This document shows positions 61,729 to 64,000 of a DNA stretch of 64,000 bases, piece by piece; position 1 is the stretch's first letter, and the number at the start of each line of letters is the position of its first letter. Source of the stretch: Planctomycetota bacterium (lineage in GTDB: Bacteria; Planctomycetota; B15-G4; JADJEK01); the NCBI GenBank assembly GCA_044225365.1, contig JBGAIQ010000013.1, forward strand, positions 1-64,000. The letters run 5' to 3'. A program made the position numbers and the translations under genes. The notes under the pieces were generated by a model. It had not been told where the DNA came from, made no database searches, and saw nothing but the letters and a program-made list of their open reading frames with translations.

Positions 61729-64000
61729 GGATTCGTGGTCGTACCCTCTTCATCGCCATCGCGCTGATTCCCGTCGCGTTCTCGGTCGCCGCCGCGTTTC
61801 TCGGGCTCTTGCCGATGATCGTGGCCGAGACCGCTGTCGAGGTCTCTCTCGTCCTCTTCGCGATCCTCTTGTTGCTCATCCTGCGGCATGGAATCGTGCC
61901 ACGAGTCATCGGTCTCGCGATCGCCTTTGCCGTGCTCCCGATCGCGTTGCTGGGATCGCTCAACGATCGGCTCGCGCGAGCCTCGCTCGAAGCGCACGGG
62001 CAACAGATCCTGCAGAGTGCCGCGGACAGCACGGCCCATCACATCGAGGACTTCATCGGTTCAGCGTTGGATTCGGTGAGGACGGACGCGAAGACGCCCG
62101 ACTACGGAGCCATCCTCGACGAGGACCCTGCGACTCGCAGCACGAGCCGGTTTTTCGCCGACGTCGCGGATTCGCTCCACGCGCAGCATTCGCGCGATCT
62201 CGTGTTCATCAAGTCGTGCGCCCTCATCGATCTCTCGGGCAACGTCGTTTACGACACGCTGACCTCCGAAGCCGGATTGTCCGAAGCGAAATCCGCATAC
62301 TTCGAGCCTGCGTTGAAGGCGGCGTCCGCGCTGCTCCAGGAGGAAGCCGCGGGTAACGACCAGCGATTCGGAATCGTCCTCACGGCGCCCGTCCGCAATC
62401 GCGCGGGAGAGGCGAGAGGATTGCTCCGCGTTCGCTACGACGCCGCGGTCGTCCAATGGTTGCTTCGCACGGACGTCGACCTTCTCGGGCCCGGCTCGTA
62501 TTCGTTCGTCATCGACGGATCCGGGCGAATCCTGGCCCACGCGACCGAACCCACCTGGGTCGGCCTGTCGCTCGCCGAATGTCCCGAGATGCTGGGATCG
62601 GCGAACGAATCGAGCGCCGAGAATCGAGCCCCGCGGTGGTCGAACAAGTCGACCGTTCGAACGGCGACGTACTCCATGCGCCGCCCTGCTTGGCGAGTCG
62701 TCTTCGCACAGCCGCCGGAAGTCTTCCTCGCGCCGATCGATGAACAATCCCGCGACCGCCTCGTCATCGTGCTCATCGTGAGCATGGGCGTACCGCTGAT
62801 CGCCTTCGTACTCGCGCGCCGGGCGCTCAATCCATTGCGACGAATGCGCGATGCGGCGCAACGGATCTCACGCGGAGATCTCGCGACTCGCGTCGTGATC
62901 GAGAGCGACGACGAAGTCGGCGAGACGAGCGAGGCGTTCAACGAGATGGCCGCGAAGCTCGAGGCCACGCTGCAGGGTTTGCGTGCCGAGATCCGGGAAC
63001 GCGAGCGGATCGCATTGCAGCTCGCGAGCAGCGAGGAGCAGTTGCGCCAGGCCCAGAAGATGGAGAGCATCGGAATGCTCGCGGGGGGCATCGCCCACGA
63101 CTTCAACAATCTCCTCGTTCCGATCTTCGGCCACGCAGAGCTCGCTCTCGACGCGCTTCCGGCCAATTCGAAGGTGCGCGGCGATCTCGCGAACATCCTG
63201 CTCGCCGCGGAGAGCGCGAAGCACCTCGTTCAGCAGTTGCTCGCGTTCGGCCGCAAGCAGATGTTGAGGATGCAATCGATCGACCTACGCGAGATCGGAA
63301 AGGCGACCGAACAGCTCATTCGGCGAACGTTGCGCGAGGACATCGCGCTCGAAGTGAAGGTCGCGAAGGAGCCGGTCGCGATCCTCGGCGACATCACGCA
63401 GATCCGGCAAGTGTTGATGAACCTCGTCATCAACGCCGAGTCGGCGATGTCGCATGGCGGTAGACTCACGATAGCGGTCCGAGTCGCGACCGCGGACGAA
63501 TGTCGATTCGGTCGCGGCGACGAGGTGCTCCCCGGAGATCATGCCTTGCTCGAGGTGAGCGATACCGGCGGCGGTATGGACTCCGTCACGCAATCGCACG
63601 TGTTCGAGCCCTTCTTCACGACGAAGAGCGGCGGGCGCGGGACGGGACTGGGACTCGCCACGGTGCATGGCATCGTTCGACAACATCAAGGGTTCATTCG
63701 ATTCGAGAGCGCAGTCGATCGAGGATCGACCTTTCGCGTGTTCCTCCCGCTCCACTCCGATCGCGCGAAGGTCGATATCGCGGCGGACAGCGGCAGTTCG
63801 CTTCCCGAGGCCGATTCGTCGACGCACCGCGGAAAGACGATTCTCCTCGTCGAGGACGACGAGCGCGTGCGCGATCTCGTTGCTCGCGTGCTCGAAGGTC
63901 GGGGGTACAAGGTACTCGCGTGCGCGCGTGCGGACGAAGCGATCACCCTCGTCGAACCGCTTTCGAAGGCGATCGATCTCCTGCTCACCGATGTCATCAT
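61725..64000 (+). CDS. Hybrid histidine kinase (TM, dCache-like, HAMP, HisKA, HATPase, REC), 3' truncated by window edge
   Basis: Missing from the ORF track because no stop falls in the window. ATG 61725 overlaps the SBP stop. In frame: [17 protein letters not shown]...DEVG...[43 protein letters not shown]...LLLTDVI. Confidence 0.93.
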   Translation, partial: MRIRGRTLFIAIALIPVAFSVAAAFLGLLPMIVAETAVEVSLVLFAILLLLILRHGIVPRVIGLAIAFAVLPIALLGSLNDRLARASLEAHGQQILQSAADSTAHHIEDFIGSALDSVRTDAKTPDYGAILDEDPATRSTSRFFADVADSLHAQHSRDLVFIKSCALIDLSGNVVYDTLTSEAGLSEAKSAYFEPALKAASALLQEEAAGNDQRFGIVLTAPVRNRAGEARGLLRVRYDAAVVQWLLRTDVDLLGPGSYSFVIDGSGRILAHATEPTWVGLSLAECPEMLGSANESSAENRAPRWSNKSTVRTATYSMRRPAWRVVFAQPPEVFLAPIDEQSRDRLVIVLIVSMGVPLIAFVLARRALNPLRRMRDAAQRISRGDLATRVVIESDDEVGETSEAFNEMAAKLEATLQGLRAEIRERERIALQLASSEEQLRQAQKMESIGMLAGGIAHDFNNLLVPIFGHAELALDALPANSKVRGDLANILLAAESAKHLVQQLLAFGRKQMLRMQSIDLREIGKATEQLIRRTLREDIALEVKVAKEPVAILGDITQIRQVLMNLVINAESAMSHGGRLTIAVRVATADECRFGRGDEVLPGDHALLEVSDTGGGMDSVTQSHVFEPFFTTKSGGRGTGLGLATVHGIVRQHQGFIRFESAVDRGSTFRVFLPLHSDRAKVDIAADSGSSLPEADSSTHRGKTILLVEDDERVRDLVARVLEGRGYKVLACARADEAITLVEPLSKAIDLLLTDVI

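Overview
High-GC bacterial DNA, densely coding, probably from a Planctomycetota-like organism. That assignment is an inference from the DUF1800/DUF1501 pair, the Ser/Thr kinase-TPR protein, the FG-GAP proteins and the sigma54 activator. In order, the window contains: a partial RidA; an Opp/Dpp ABC operon whose binding protein is fused to two catalytically dead M16-peptidase-like modules; a bufferin-like MNIO (DUF692) RiPP cluster with a Tat/lipoprotein 12-Cys precursor; a tandem, covarying structured repeat followed by an intact group II intron inserted exactly into a REP-like hairpin; several unrelated exported proteins sharing a ~120-aa C-terminal domain; aminotransferase-lysA-IscU-like genes; a hybrid kinase with a complete ETR1-type ethylene-binding motif; a KamA + 2 ATP-grasp + GNAT operon; an amino-sugar/GT2 operon divergent from a YfhO-like membrane protein; HDOD-sthA; a Ser/Thr kinase; kdsA; and a binding-protein/hybrid-kinase pair running off the end. 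I found no rRNA, tRNA or CRISPR array. Best candidates for undescribed systems are the shared C-terminal domain, the REP-targeted intron with its structured repeat, the KamA/ATP-grasp/GNAT pathway and the pseudo-M16-SBP transporter. All family assignments come from motif recognition by eye, not database searches.
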